Positions 17,807-28,900 of a DNA stretch of 64,000 nucleotides are shown in pieces. A model generated the notes under the pieces. The model was not told where the DNA came from, ran no database searches, and worked only from the letters and a program-made list of their open reading frames with translations. The stretch spans positions 200-64,199 of the forward strand of contig CAZBPK010000146.1 in the NCBI GenBank assembly GCA_964493765.1, written 5' to 3'. A program made the translations under genes and the position numbers. This DNA comes from an uncultured Bacteroidia bacterium (GTDB taxonomy: Bacteria > Bacteroidota > Bacteroidia > J057 > CALLMJ01). The stretch's first letter is position 1. Each line of letters starts with the position of its first letter.

Positions 17807-19273
17807 ATGAAAAAACTTTTATTACTGATCGTCCCTATTTTTCTAATTCTTATTTATTATTTTCCTATTGAATTACAATCTCAACAAAAACAAAAATTAG
17901 ACCTACAAACTGCATTAGAGAATTTTAAAAAAGACCCTTCCATGCAAAATGCTTCTTGGGGTTTTTATGCTTATAATATCAACCAACAAAAAGTTGAAGC
18001 TAATTTTCAAGAAAATTTAAGTTTAATTCCAGCTTCAAGTTTTAAAACTTTAGCTTGTGGCAGTGCTTTATTAAAATTAGGACCAGATTACCAATATAAA
18101 ACCATTTTAGGATACAAGGGAACCATTGATAAAGGAATTTTAAAAGGGAATTTAATCATCAAAGGTAGTGGTGACCCCACATTAGGAACTGATAGAGTCA
18201 ATGGAGGTTTAAATATTGATGCTTTTTTAAAAAAATGGGCTTCAGCAGTGAAAACTAAAGGAATTACAAAAATTGAAGGAGACTTATTGGTTGATGTTTC
18301 TTGCGTAACACCAGATGCCATTGCCCCCAATTGGTTATGGTCAGATATAGGAAATTATTATGGATCAGGTTTTTATGGAGTAAATATTCGTGAAAATCAT
18401 TATGGCATCATTTTTAAATCAGGCTTTAAAGAAGGTGATTCTACTACTATTCGCTATACATTCCCAAGATTTCCTGATTTAGTGATAGAAAACGCCGTAA
18501 AAACTGGAAAAGCCGGTTCTACCGATGATGCTTATATTTACGGAAGTCCTGAAAGCAATTTTAGAAGAGTGGTTGGAACGATTCCCCCTAACCAAGAATA
18601 TTTTGAAGTAAAAGGAGCTTTACCCAATCCGCCTTATCAAGCTGGCAGATTCTTAAAAGACATGCTAAACGGTTTAGGGGTAATCTTCACAGGAAAAATT
18701 ATTGTAACCTATCAAAATCAAATTTTAACCGAAATCATTGATACCCACAGCTCCCCCAAACTTTTAAGTATTGTTTATACCGCTTTAGGACTCAGTCATA
18801 ATTTAATGACAGAAGCCATATTCCAAACTGCTTTTAAAAAATCTAATGAACCCATGAGTTTATTTTCCGCTATTGAGGGCTTGAAAAAAACTTTAGATAG
18901 TGCCAAAGTAGATACCAAAGGTTTATTTATTTCCGATGGAAGTGGATTATCCAGAACTAACCTTATAACAGCCAAACAAATGGTAGAAATTTTAAAATAT
19001 TATGACCAATCCAAAATCGGTAAGGATTTTGAAAAGTGTTTACCCGTAGTAGGCGAAAGCAATAATTTTATCATTTTAAATCAGCTAATTGAAAACAAAG
19101 GAAAAATTAAAATGAAAAGTGGTTATAAGTCTCGAGTAAGAAGTTTTGGTGGTTACGCTTATAATAAAAATAACGAAAAAATTGCATTTGCTTTTATCGT
19201 AAATTACTACACCTGTAGCAACATAGAGTCCTTATATAAAATGGCACCTGTTATAAATGCAATAGCAAATTAA
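17807..19273 (+). CDS. dacB: D-alanyl-D-alanine carboxypeptidase/endopeptidase, PBP4 (S13) family
   Basis: Signal peptide, PASSFKTL (SxxK), GSGDPTLG, DGSGLSRTN (SxN) and KSGY (KTG-like). Confidence 0.85.
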   Translation: MKKLLLLIVPIFLILIYYFPIELQSQQKQKLDLQTALENFKKDPSMQNASWGFYAYNINQQKVEANFQENLSLIPASSFKTLACGSALLKLGPDYQYKTILGYKGTIDKGILKGNLIIKGSGDPTLGTDRVNGGLNIDAFLKKWASAVKTKGITKIEGDLLVDVSCVTPDAIAPNWLWSDIGNYYGSGFYGVNIRENHYGIIFKSGFKEGDSTTIRYTFPRFPDLVIENAVKTGKAGSTDDAYIYGSPESNFRRVVGTIPPNQEYFEVKGALPNPPYQAGRFLKDMLNGLGVIFTGKIIVTYQNQILTEIIDTHSSPKLLSIVYTALGLSHNLMTEAIFQTAFKKSNEPMSLFSAIEGLKKTLDSAKVDTKGLFISDGSGLSRTNLITAKQMVEILKYYDQSKIGKDFEKCLPVVGESNNFIILNQLIENKGKIKMKSGYKSRVRSFGGYAYNKNNEKIAFAFIVNYYTCSNIESLYKMAPVINAIAN

Positions 19274-19283
19274 AAGAATAATT

Positions 19284-19418
19284 TGGGCGTGCCCCTTGCT
19301 TCGTTTCACTTCGCTGCGGGTCGGGCTGCTTCGGGCTTTGCTATCGCTTCGGCAATCCTTTTTCCACTTTTTTCAAAAGTGTCAAAAGGCAGTGCTAAAC
19401 CCTTTGCATCCCTCACGC
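19284..19418 (-). repeat. GC-rich dispersed repeat, full copy C (inverted orientation)
   Basis: TGGGCGTGCCCCTTGCTTCG...GGCAATCCTTTTTCCAC...GGCAGTGC...CATCCCTCACGC is the reverse complement of the A/B/E consensus. It lies between convergent genes. Confidence 0.9.
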
Positions 19419-19455
19419 ATTATCAAAGTAAACTTTGAATTTCTGCGTTAATAGC

Positions 19456-20037
19456 TTATATGTAATAATTGTAAGCAAATAAAAAACATACTATTCCTAA
19501 TCCATAACCTACTAATATTTGCCAAATATCATGGGATTTTAAAAACATTCTTGCCCAAGCAACCTGCTGAGAAAAAGCTATAGAGAAGAGTATATAAAAC
19601 CAATGAAACTCAAAATAAAGAAACATAAATACAGTAAATGCACCCATTCCAATCATGTGTAAGGAAATTTTCCAGAAGTAAGTAACTGGCAAAGCAAATG
19701 CAGTTAATAAAATGGAAGACAAAGTAATTACTTTCACAAAAACTGGCTCAGAATTAGAGTAAAAGAAATAAAATACAGTTGTTCCTACCAAAGCAAAAAG
19801 TAAAGGAAAAATTCTATATTCTTTAGGAACAACCCACTGATGAGTTTTGGGCATTTTAGAAAAACGTAAATAAACTAAAGAAAAAATTAAAGGTAAAATG
19901 AGAAAGTAAAGCCATACTGCCCACTGATTATTAGGTTGAGTGATTAAAAAAGAAGCCATTAAGGCTTGTAAAAAAGAGGGATAGAAAAGTAAAGAAATAA
20001 TCTTTGCATATACATCAATCCCTCTTAAGATATTCAT
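19456..20037 (-). CDS. polytopic membrane protein, possibly PAP2-family phosphatase
   Basis: About six TM segments. KISLHMIGMG and FLKSHDIWQILVGYGLG loosely resemble PAP2 motifs C2 and C3. Confidence 0.4.
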   Translation of the reverse strand: MNILRGIDVYAKIISLLFYPSFLQALMASFLITQPNNQWAVWLYFLILPLIFSLVYLRFSKMPKTHQWVVPKEYRIFPLLFALVGTTVFYFFYSNSEPVFVKVITLSSILLTAFALPVTYFWKISLHMIGMGAFTVFMFLYFEFHWFYILFSIAFSQQVAWARMFLKSHDIWQILVGYGLGIVCFLFAYNYYI

Positions 20038-20056
20038 AATTCAGTGTTTATGAGTT

Positions 20057-20347
20057 TTATGATGCAATACTTTTTATGGCTTCTTTTTCAAAAGTTAATT
20101 TAACATGGTTATCTACTTCAACGATAACTGTTTTTTCATCAATCTGAACAATTCTTCCATGCAAACCACCTATAGTAACAATTTTGTCTCCTTTTTTTAG
20201 GCTTTCTCGAAATTCTTTTTCTTTTTTGATTTTTTGTTGTTGTGGGCGTATCATGAAAAAATAGAAAATAATCATTATGCCACCAAACAACAATAAATTA
20301 CTTAATAAACTAGGACCTTGAGGCTGTTGAGTTTGTAATAAAATCAT
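20057..20347 (-). CDS. yajC: preprotein translocase subunit YajC
   Basis: MILLQTQQPQGPS...IIFYFFMIRPQQQKIKKEKEF...GDKIVTIGGLHGRIVQIDE is a canonical YajC. The start is set at the ATG at 20347. Confidence 0.85.
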   Translation of the reverse strand: MILLQTQQPQGPSLLSNLLLFGGIMIIFYFFMIRPQQQKIKKEKEFRESLKKGDKIVTIGGLHGRIVQIDEKTVIVEVDNHVKLTFEKEAIKSIAS

Positions 20348-20394
20348 GATTGCAAAATTATAGATTATTTTTACTTGTACCAAAATAAAATCAA

Positions 20395-20423
20395 TAAAAA
20401 GAGCCGTTGTAAAAACGGCTCTT
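20395..20423 (-). terminator. rho-independent terminator
   Basis: The minus strand reads AGAGCCGTT-tttac-AACGGCTCT followed by TTTTT, directly downstream of the PKD lipoprotein gene. Confidence 0.7.
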
Positions 20424-20449
20424 GTAATTATGATACAAATAAATTGATA

Positions 20450-21208
20450 TTATCTTTCTTCTAAATATATTTCTACTTCGTATCCATTATCACTCAAAAC
20501 CAATTTTCCATTGGTTAAAGTGGCAGTTTGGGGATTAAAAGTAAAAGTTTTCATGGGGGTATTAAAAGTATTTAAAGAAGGAGGTACTCCTAAAGTAATT
20601 GTAAAATCAGCATCACTAATTACAATCTGATAATCTTGGTCTAGAGTACGTATCCATTGATGTTCATAATTCCAAGTCAGAGGTAGTTGACTTTGAGTAA
20701 CATCATTAGTTGTTCCTAAATTTAAAGACCATGAATTATTGGAAGCTTTGAAAACGACATTAAGATCAGGTTCGGGCGCATTTCCAGGTAATGTAAAGGG
20801 CAGACCTCCAGTGGATTGTGTTGTATCCCAAGTACCCCCTTGAGAAGGAGCAGTAGGGAAAGATTTTAATAAAATTTTAGTAATAAAACGATCTTTTACT
20901 GGCTCTTTAACATTTACAACAATAGAGGCTTTGTCCCATTTCTTATCTTTTTTAGACTTTGCTGTCATTGTAACCAAATAAGAACCTGGTGTGTTAAAGG
21001 TTTGGCTTGCTGAATTTCCTTCAGCTTTACTGCCATTACCAAAATCCCAACTCACACTTTCAGCATCTGTTGCGCAAGAACTAAAATTCACCGTTTCACC
21101 TACATTAATACTTGTTTTATCTGCAGATAAACAAGCCGTAGGCTGTTTTTTACAAGATACCATCACTAAAGATGGAATTATCAAGATAATTGCTAGTACT
21201 TTTTTCAT
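20450..21208 (-). CDS. PKD-domain lipoprotein
   Basis: Lipobox LVMVSC. VNFSSCATDAESVSWDFGNGSKAEGNSASQTFNTPGSYLVTMTA is a PKD signature. Confidence 0.7.
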   Translation of the reverse strand: MKKVLAIILIIPSLVMVSCKKQPTACLSADKTSINVGETVNFSSCATDAESVSWDFGNGSKAEGNSASQTFNTPGSYLVTMTAKSKKDKKWDKASIVVNVKEPVKDRFITKILLKSFPTAPSQGGTWDTTQSTGGLPFTLPGNAPEPDLNVVFKASNNSWSLNLGTTNDVTQSQLPLTWNYEHQWIRTLDQDYQIVISDADFTITLGVPPSLNTFNTPMKTFTFNPQTATLTNGKLVLSDNGYEVEIYLEER

Positions 21209-21296
21209 AAATGTAAAATTCTTTGCAAATTTAGGATTAAATTTTGTTTTTCAAAATCAAACTTTTCAAAATTTTGAAATTTTATCCTAAATAAAA

Positions 21297-21902
21297 TTAA
21301 TCTATTTGGCTTTCAAATATTTGAATGGCAACTTTTTTAAGGTCTTTACCTTTAGATTTTATAGTTTTTAAATATGGAATATTTCTAGACGCTGAATAAT
21401 ACCATCTTGCATAGTAAGGTTCTCTTAAATCGCTTATAATTACTCCACCCCAAATCGCTGCATGAACAAACTTATGATTTCCTAAATATAAACCTACATG
21501 CGAAATGAATCGATTCCAACCAATTTTAAAGAATACCAAATCTCCTTCTTTTAAGTCAGATTTATTGACATGAAATCTTGGGTCGTATTGGTCATAAGCA
21601 GTTCTTGCCAAATCAAAACCATATAATGAATCACACAAAAGCCCAGTAAATCCAGAACAATCTGTTCCCCATTTTGATTTACCTCCATACATGTATCTTG
21701 TATGATACCATCTTTTAATAAAAGAGTATAATTCTATATCATTCTCGGATTCATTTAAATCTATTTGAAATTTTGACCAGTAAAATTCTTTTAATATTTC
21801 AAAACGGGTTTTGGCTTTTTTGGTGAAACTGCTATCTAAAGGTTCTGCTTTAATTTGAGTAGCAGTTAATATGAATAAAAATAAAATGATAAGAAGTCGC
21901 AT
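21297..21902 (-). CDS. NlpC/P60 (C40) family cell-wall peptidase
   Basis: Signal peptide. GTDCSGFTGLL carries the catalytic Cys, and GDLVFF...ISHVGLYLGNHKFVHA carries the His. Confidence 0.85.
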   Translation of the reverse strand: MRLLIILFLFILTATQIKAEPLDSSFTKKAKTRFEILKEFYWSKFQIDLNESENDIELYSFIKRWYHTRYMYGGKSKWGTDCSGFTGLLCDSLYGFDLARTAYDQYDPRFHVNKSDLKEGDLVFFKIGWNRFISHVGLYLGNHKFVHAAIWGGVIISDLREPYYARWYYSASRNIPYLKTIKSKGKDLKKVAIQIFESQID

Positions 21903-22050
21903 CGTAATAACAATTCGGGTGCAAAATTATGCTCAAATTTCTTATAAAGTTATAAAATTTTTGACTTTTAATGTTAATAAAATTTAAAAAAATATTAAAT
22001 ATTTGAAATTGAATTCTTTAATACTAGAAGAAATTAGATTAGTACCATAA

Positions 22051-23346
22051 TTATTCAACTTGACTTTTATAAGGTTTTAATATAGCATCTGCGTAACACT
22101 TCCATGAAAGCTTATCAGCAATGTTCTGTATATTCGTTTTGTTAATGGGATTTTCTATAAAATGATTCATAACCTTTGCCATATCCTGTATATTACCTGG
22201 CTCCGCTAAATATCCATTATAACCGTCTTGAATGGTCTCAGGGAAATGACCTACTTTAGTTGCTAAAACAGGTAATAAAAAGTTATAGGACAAGGATTCA
22301 ACTCCTGAGGGAGTAGCAGTTTCATAAAATGTTAATATTGCATCACTTACTTGAAAATATTGATGTACTTCTTCGTTTGGGATAAACCTATTGTACACTT
22401 TAACATATTCTTGAATGCCCAATTCTTCTATCATTTTAAGCGGCTGATAGTTTTCTTCTTCATTATCATTTTTACGGAGAACCAATTTTTTAGCTAAACC
22501 GAATAAGGCTTTTTTTAGTTTTGTACTCCATTTTTTATCATCTAATGTGTTCCAGAAGGATTCTCCAGCTATGATTAAAGAAATATCTTTTCTTTGCTTT
22601 AGGAGTTCTGCAAAAGCAGGTAAAACCCAATGTAAGCCTTTATATTTCCTAATAAATCCAAAAAATAAAAATACATGCTCATTAAGCCCCATTTCTTTTT
22701 TGACTTTTTCTTTATTAAAATCAGTATTGGGTTGAAATAAATCATAAATTGGATGATATAGCTTAATTATTGATGTATTATTTTGATTTCTTTCACCACT
22801 TTCTGTCAATTGGAATTTTTTTTCTGGAAATAGTTTTTGTAATTCTTCTGCTGTTTTATAGGCATGTACAATAAATGTATTGACATTTTTTAAACCAAAT
22901 TTAGTGCAAAATTTATCTACAGTACTTGATTCTTTTTGTTGAACCAAATGTAAATCAAAAATGATTTCAATATTAGGATTTCTTTTTTTTATTCCTTTTA
23001 CTATAAAACCTAATGGGATTCCTTGTAAAGCTATTGCCCATTGAAAAATTATTATTTTGGGATTAATCTCTAAAATTTTTTGAACAGTTTGGTTCCAAGT
23101 TAACGGGTTGTTATAATTGGTTAAATATTCAATGGGAATATTGGTGTGTTCTAAAAAATTTTGTTTAGAATTTCTATCTATAAAATCTCTGGGAATTATT
23201 GCTGGATATTGTTGTGTCCAAGAAAGGATGTATATTTCGGTATTTGGTTGGTTATACAATGCTTTTGCTAATGAAGTATTATAGTTGGAAATCCCCCCCT
23301 TGAATAGTGGACCTGGTCCGAATAAAACAATTTTATTTTTTTCCAT
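22051..23346 (-). CDS. GT-B fold glycosyltransferase (family 4/1-like)
   Basis: 431 aa. The C-terminal half has LIIAGE...PSGVE...LLPVLATKVGHFPETIQDGYNGYL, an EX7E-like region. Confidence 0.7.
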   Translation of the reverse strand: MEKNKIVLFGPGPLFKGGISNYNTSLAKALYNQPNTEIYILSWTQQYPAIIPRDFIDRNSKQNFLEHTNIPIEYLTNYNNPLTWNQTVQKILEINPKIIIFQWAIALQGIPLGFIVKGIKKRNPNIEIIFDLHLVQQKESSTVDKFCTKFGLKNVNTFIVHAYKTAEELQKLFPEKKFQLTESGERNQNNTSIIKLYHPIYDLFQPNTDFNKEKVKKEMGLNEHVFLFFGFIRKYKGLHWVLPAFAELLKQRKDISLIIAGESFWNTLDDKKWSTKLKKALFGLAKKLVLRKNDNEEENYQPLKMIEELGIQEYVKVYNRFIPNEEVHQYFQVSDAILTFYETATPSGVESLSYNFLLPVLATKVGHFPETIQDGYNGYLAEPGNIQDMAKVMNHFIENPINKTNIQNIADKLSWKCYADAILKPYKSQVE

Positions 23347-23355
23347 TTTGCAAAA

Positions 23356-23388
23356 ATAAAAAAAAGCTGGTAAAAAATTTACCAGCTT
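23356..23388 (-). terminator. rho-independent terminator after nuoL
   Basis: The minus strand reads AAGCTGGTAAA-ttt-TTTACCAGCTT followed by a T-run. Confidence 0.7.
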
Positions 23389-23415
23389 AAAAAGTATGAC
23401 TTTATAAGATAAAAT

Positions 23416-25407
23416 TTATATCATTAAATAAGCAATGATTGCGATTACTCCACAAACCATTATCAATGCATAATTTTGTACTACGCCAGATTGTAATTTC
23501 TTGATAATATCACCTGTTGTATCTGTTAAATCTCCAGCACCATTTACTGCACCATCAACAATTTCTTTATCCAAAAACATGATAAATCTATCAGAAATAA
23601 ATACAAATGGTCTTACAATTACAGCATTATAAAATTCGTCTACATAGAATTTGTTTTCTAAAACAGTATAGAAATTTCCTAATTTAGATTTTACTACTTC
23701 ATCACCTTTTAGACCTTGGGTAGTATATAATTTCCAAGCTAAGCTGACTCCAGAAACACCAATTCCTATGGAAAGTAAAATTAAAATGATTTCGGTTAAA
23801 AAAGAAGCATGATGGGTTACATTTTTTACTAATGGAGAACCACCACCACCTAACCAATGATGAGAAATCCAATTGTAATGTCCATGACCAATAATTTCTG
23901 GTAAACCTAAAAAACCACCAACAATTGCTAATCCCGCTAAAATCCATAAAGGAATAGTAACAATGGCAGGTGATTCATGGGGTTCATGGTGGTGATGATC
24001 CTCATGAGAGTGATGACCATGATGTTCATCATGTGTATTTTGATATTGAAATCTTTCTTTTCCTTCAAAAGTTAATACATAAAGACGAGTCATGTAAAAT
24101 GCAGTCATAAAGGCAGTACAAATACCAATAAACCATACTAAATAATAAATGGTGTTTTCATGACCCGCCGCAAAAGCTTTTCCTAAGATTTCATCTTTTG
24201 AGAAGAAACCCGCCAAAGGAGGAATACCAGCAATAGCCATAGTTGAAATTAAAAATGTTTTACTGGTGTGTGGCATGTACTTTTTAAGGTTTCCCATAAA
24301 GCGGATATCTTGGGGGTCTGGGGCAGCGTGTGCATGGTCCATAGCATGGATTACAGAACCAGAGCCCAAGAATAAACAAGCCTTAAAGAAAGCGTGTGTC
24401 ATAACATGGAATATAGCAGTTGTAAAAGAACCAGTTCCTAAAGCCATAAACATAAATCCTAATTGAGAAACTGTAGAATAAGCCAGAACTTTTTTAATAT
24501 CATTTTGTGCGATGGCTGTCATAGCAGCGGAAACGGCTGTTAATGCACCAATAATAGAAATAAATGCTAAAACATCTTGTGCATTATAGAACATCCGGCT
24601 CATTCTTGCAATTAAATAAATACCTGAGGTAACCATGGTTGCAGCGTGTATAAGTGCTGATACAGGTGTAGGACCAGCCATAGCATCTGGTAACCAAACA
24701 TACAAAGGAATTTGAGCTGATTTACCCGTTGCAGCTATAAACACTAATAAGCAAATCCATTTTAAAGTTACTGGGTCAAAACCTGTGTAAACAAATTCTC
24801 TAAATGTTAAAGTACCTGTTGAGCTATAAATTAAAAACATTGCTGTTAATAAAGCAAAATCACCAATTCTGTTAGCAACAAATGCTTTTTGAGCAGCTTT
24901 GGCTTTTTCCATATCATTAAACCAATAACCAATTAGGAAGTAAGAACATGCACCTACACCTTCCCAACCTAGGAATAAAACAACTAAGTTATCTCCAAGG
25001 ATTAAGTTGGTCATTGCAAAAATAAATAAGTTTAGGTATAAGAAATATTTGTAGAAGCCTTTATCACCATGCATGTAACTTATTGAATATAAATGGATTA
25101 ATGAACCTACACCAGTTACAATCATGCCCATTAAAAGGGAAAGCTGGTCTAATTCATAAGAAAATCTAATTTTCAAGTCTGGAGTTTCCATCCAAGAAAA
25201 TAGGTCAAATAATAGAGGTTTTCCATCAAAATTTAAAAATGCTATTAAATAAATTACAAAAGGTATAGCAACCATTGAAGCCGCTAAAGTACCAATTAGA
25301 CTTTCTTGTTTACGGAAATTAGGGGATAAAAAACCTAATAACCCTATAATTGTTGCACCCAAAAAAGGTAGTATTACTACCAAAGGCAATAAACTTTGTA
25401 TATCCAT
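23416..25407 (-). CDS. nuoL: NADH-quinone oxidoreductase subunit L (proton-pumping antiporter-like)
   Basis: 663 aa. It has WEGVGACSYFLIGYW, KSAQIPLYVWLPDAMAGPTPVSALIHAATMV and the HESP segment before the long C-terminal helix and TM. Confidence 0.9.
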   Translation of the reverse strand: MDIQSLLPLVVILPFLGATIIGLLGFLSPNFRKQESLIGTLAASMVAIPFVIYLIAFLNFDGKPLLFDLFSWMETPDLKIRFSYELDQLSLLMGMIVTGVGSLIHLYSISYMHGDKGFYKYFLYLNLFIFAMTNLILGDNLVVLFLGWEGVGACSYFLIGYWFNDMEKAKAAQKAFVANRIGDFALLTAMFLIYSSTGTLTFREFVYTGFDPVTLKWICLLVFIAATGKSAQIPLYVWLPDAMAGPTPVSALIHAATMVTSGIYLIARMSRMFYNAQDVLAFISIIGALTAVSAAMTAIAQNDIKKVLAYSTVSQLGFMFMALGTGSFTTAIFHVMTHAFFKACLFLGSGSVIHAMDHAHAAPDPQDIRFMGNLKKYMPHTSKTFLISTMAIAGIPPLAGFFSKDEILGKAFAAGHENTIYYLVWFIGICTAFMTAFYMTRLYVLTFEGKERFQYQNTHDEHHGHHSHEDHHHHEPHESPAIVTIPLWILAGLAIVGGFLGLPEIIGHGHYNWISHHWLGGGGSPLVKNVTHHASFLTEIILILLSIGIGVSGVSLAWKLYTTQGLKGDEVVKSKLGNFYTVLENKFYVDEFYNAVIVRPFVFISDRFIMFLDKEIVDGAVNGAGDLTDTTGDIIKKLQSGVVQNYALIMVCGVIAIIAYLMI

Positions 25408-25415
25408 AACTCAAA

Positions 25416-25727
25416 TTACCACTTAAATAAATTAAAATTGTTGATGTTTATGTCTTGTTTATTTCTAAAAAGAGCAATGATGATAGCTAAACCCACTACG
25501 GCTTCAGCTGCTGCAACACACATTACAAAGAAAACAAACATAGAACCTGCGGGGTCATTGTAATAACGTGAAAAAGTAACTAATGATAAATTTACTGCAT
25601 TAAGCATTAACTCAACACACATAAATACCACAATAGCGTTTTTTCTTGTAATTACTCCAATCATTCCAATTGTGAATAATGCAACACTAATTGCTAAATA
25701 CCCATATAAATATTCTTGAACTAACAT
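25416..25727 (-). CDS. nuoK: NADH-quinone oxidoreductase subunit K
   Basis: 103 aa with 3 TM segments. [12 protein letters not shown] and [17 protein letters not shown] are typical of NuoK. Confidence 0.9.
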   Translation of the reverse strand: MLVQEYLYGYLAISVALFTIGMIGVITRKNAIVVFMCVELMLNAVNLSLVTFSRYYNDPAGSMFVFFVMCVAAAEAVVGLAIIIALFRNKQDININNFNLFKW

Positions 25728-25905
25728 ATACTGACCTTAATTTTTTCGGTTTATCAAAACGTAAAATTCTAATGAAACTTTTTACCTACCAAATTTTTTT
25801 GAAAAAAAATCTATATGTATTTAATTAAATTCAATTTAATTTTTTGATTATGAATTATTTATATTTTTTTTCAATGAATTTTGAAACAAATTATTTTGTA
25901 ATACG

Positions 25906-25913
25906 TATATTTG
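25906..25913 (+). promoter_or_regulatory. Bacteroidota-type -7 box (TATATTTG) within ACGTATATTTG
   Basis: Lies 21 nt upstream of the ATG at 25934. The same extended box recurs at 50600 and 54801. Confidence 0.5.
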
Positions 25914-25933
25914 TACAATAATTAATATCATAT

Positions 25934-28900
25934 ATGAATAAATTTTTACTTTTACTAGTTTTAAGTTTGGTAATTTTTACAAAATCAGTGATTCATGCAC
26001 AAGTTTTGTCTACTGGTGCTGGAACTGGAAATTGGAATGATCCCAATACTTGGAGTTGTACTTGCATTCCATCTGCAACTAGTGATGTAGTAATTCAGGC
26101 AGGGCATACTGTAAATTTGACTTCAAATCAAACCATTGCAAATGTTACCTTACAAGGTTTACTTAGTTTGAATACTAATTCAAGGACACTAACTGTAACA
26201 GGAAATTTTACGGTTACTGGAAATAGTACTATATTTGGTGGAGCGACCAGTAGGGTTATTAATATTGCTGGAAATTTAGAGATCAATAATTCTGCATCCT
26301 TAGCTATGGGTGCATTTAATATGACGGTTACTGGAAACATTATTAACAATGGAACTTTATCCATTAATTCTAATACTGGTGTTAGAACTTTTAATGGTTT
26401 AGTAATCAATAATGGAACATGGACAACTACCACAGTAATAACAAGCACTAACCTTTTATTTAGGAACGGAATCAATAACTTTGGCACTTTCAATGCTGGA
26501 GCTGCACGTTTCACAAATAACAATCAATCAATTGGTGGAACAAATTTAATAACTTTTAATAACCAAGTAATTATTGCTGGTGCAATTACTGTTATTAATA
26601 ATAATCCCAGTTTGGTCTTTAATAACGCTGCTAGTATCGATGGAACAGTGGCTGGTTCTACCTTAACTGCTGGCGCTGGTTCTCAAATTTTCTATGCTTC
26701 TTCTGTAAGACCTATGATTACTGGGGTTTTGGATGCAGGTTCTAATCCTAATACTTTTACTTATAATCGTACAGCGAACCAAGATATAAGGACTGGTGAT
26801 TATTATAATTTAATAATAGAGGGCACTGGTGATAAAGTTTTAAACGGTGCTGGTAATTTAAATATAGTAAACAATATAACTGTAGAAAATACTATTAATC
26901 AATTGTCTTGTAATGGAAAAAACACTACAACTGCTGGTACTTTCACTTTAAAGTCCACGTTTAATCATACTGAAGGGGTTGTTACCCAGCATCAAATGGG
27001 GAATTTTGTTCTAGATGGTGGGTACTTAGACCTAGGAAACAGTGTTTTAGATGGTTGGGTAATCAACAATGATTTTATTGTAACTTCAAACGGGGGGACA
27101 ATTCATACAGCAGGTGAACCAACCAATGGTTTTACAGTGAATGGTAATACTTACATCAATGGGGCTTTTATTTTTACTCATAATAACGTTTACTCATAAT
27201 AACGTTAATGCAAGAGCATTTTTTAATGGGTTAGTAACTATTAACATGGGAGGTTCTTGGAACTCCACGGCTGTTACAAGCTTTGAGATCATTAGATTTC
27301 GTGCAAATATCGTAAATAATGGTTCTTTCAATGCTGGAGGAGTTACTTTTGATATTAACAATCAAAATCTAACAGGCAATACATATAACAAAGCTACTGC
27401 TAATATAGAGGGAGTAACACTAGATAATCAAGCTATCGTATATTTAACTTCTAATGGTACTTGTTTAACAGGAACAGGAACATGGCTACAATCCCCCAAT
27501 TCTGAACTTTATTTAAGGGGAGATGCAGATGTTACAGTATTTAATGCTTCTGCTGCCCCCAATATCGTTACTTATTATGATAATAAAAATAATCATGCGG
27601 TAAATCCTGGAACGTATTATAATCTAACTATTAATAAGACCGCTGGTAGTGATGCTGATATTGCAGGGACCAATGCTGGAGCAGTTTCTGTGCTTAACAG
27701 CTTAATCGTTCAGAATGGTAGACTTGGACTTAATACTGCAGGAGACCAGATTAATGTGGCTTCAGGAGCAACTACTTTAATTACAGGCGCTTCTTCAGAT
27801 ATTTATTTCACAAATGCTACAACAACAGCCGATTTAGCGGTACTAACTATTCAGAATGGCGGTTCTATCTCGGGGAGTGCTACAGGTAATGTTCTTGCAT
27901 CCTCTTTTACTACTGCCGGTACAGGAGCCAATTTAGGCAGATGCAATTTTACAGTGAATGGATTAACTACTTTGAATGCTAATCTTAACTTCACTTTAGA
28001 TGATGGTGTAAAAACGTTTGTGGGATTAGTAGATATACTCGCCGGATCTGCTTGGAGCTCTACAATTATTAATACTGCAGGAAATCTTAATTTTAGAGGA
28101 GGTATCAATAGTAATGGAAGTTCTTTTTTAGCGAACAATGCTACCTTCAATACCAATAATCAAGATTTGAATGGTACAACTCCATTAATCTTTAATGGTA
28201 CTGTAACTATTAATGGAGTGCGAGTGAATAACTATACTACCGTAGATTTAGCATCAACAGCAACTTCATTAACAGGTACAGGAGGTGCACAATGGATACA
28301 ACAGCCTAGCTCTTATTTGAAGATTGCTGGTGATGTGAATTCTGTTACCATGGGAACCAGTGCTTTAAATAATACTGTTGAATATTATAATAATGTACAA
28401 CAAAATGTGGGTGCAGGAACTTATCATCACTTACTCATCAATAAATCAGGAAATCGTGCTGATGTTGCAGGGGCTGCTGCCGGCACAATTAACGTGAATG
28501 GCTCATTAGTGGTTCAGCAAGGTGAATTAAGACTCAACAACGTTGGTGATGTTATTGATGTTGCTTCCTCTGCATTTACGTTAATTTCAGGTTCTACTTC
28601 TAGATTAGAGTTTACCGCTGGGGGTACTGCAAATTTAAATGATTTTACTTTCTCCAATTCTGCTGCTATTGGTACAGGAACTTCTACATCTACTGGTAAT
28701 ATTACTACCAACACCTTTACCGTTTCAGGAACTGGAACTATGAATTTAGGTAGATGTAATTTTACTACTAATGGTGTAACCAATGTTAATGGCAATTTAT
28801 CGCTCAATAGTAATACAGGTGTAAAAATTTTTAACGATTTAGTAACTATTGGCGCCTCTGGTTCATGGACTTCTACTACCATTACAACCACTGCAAATTT

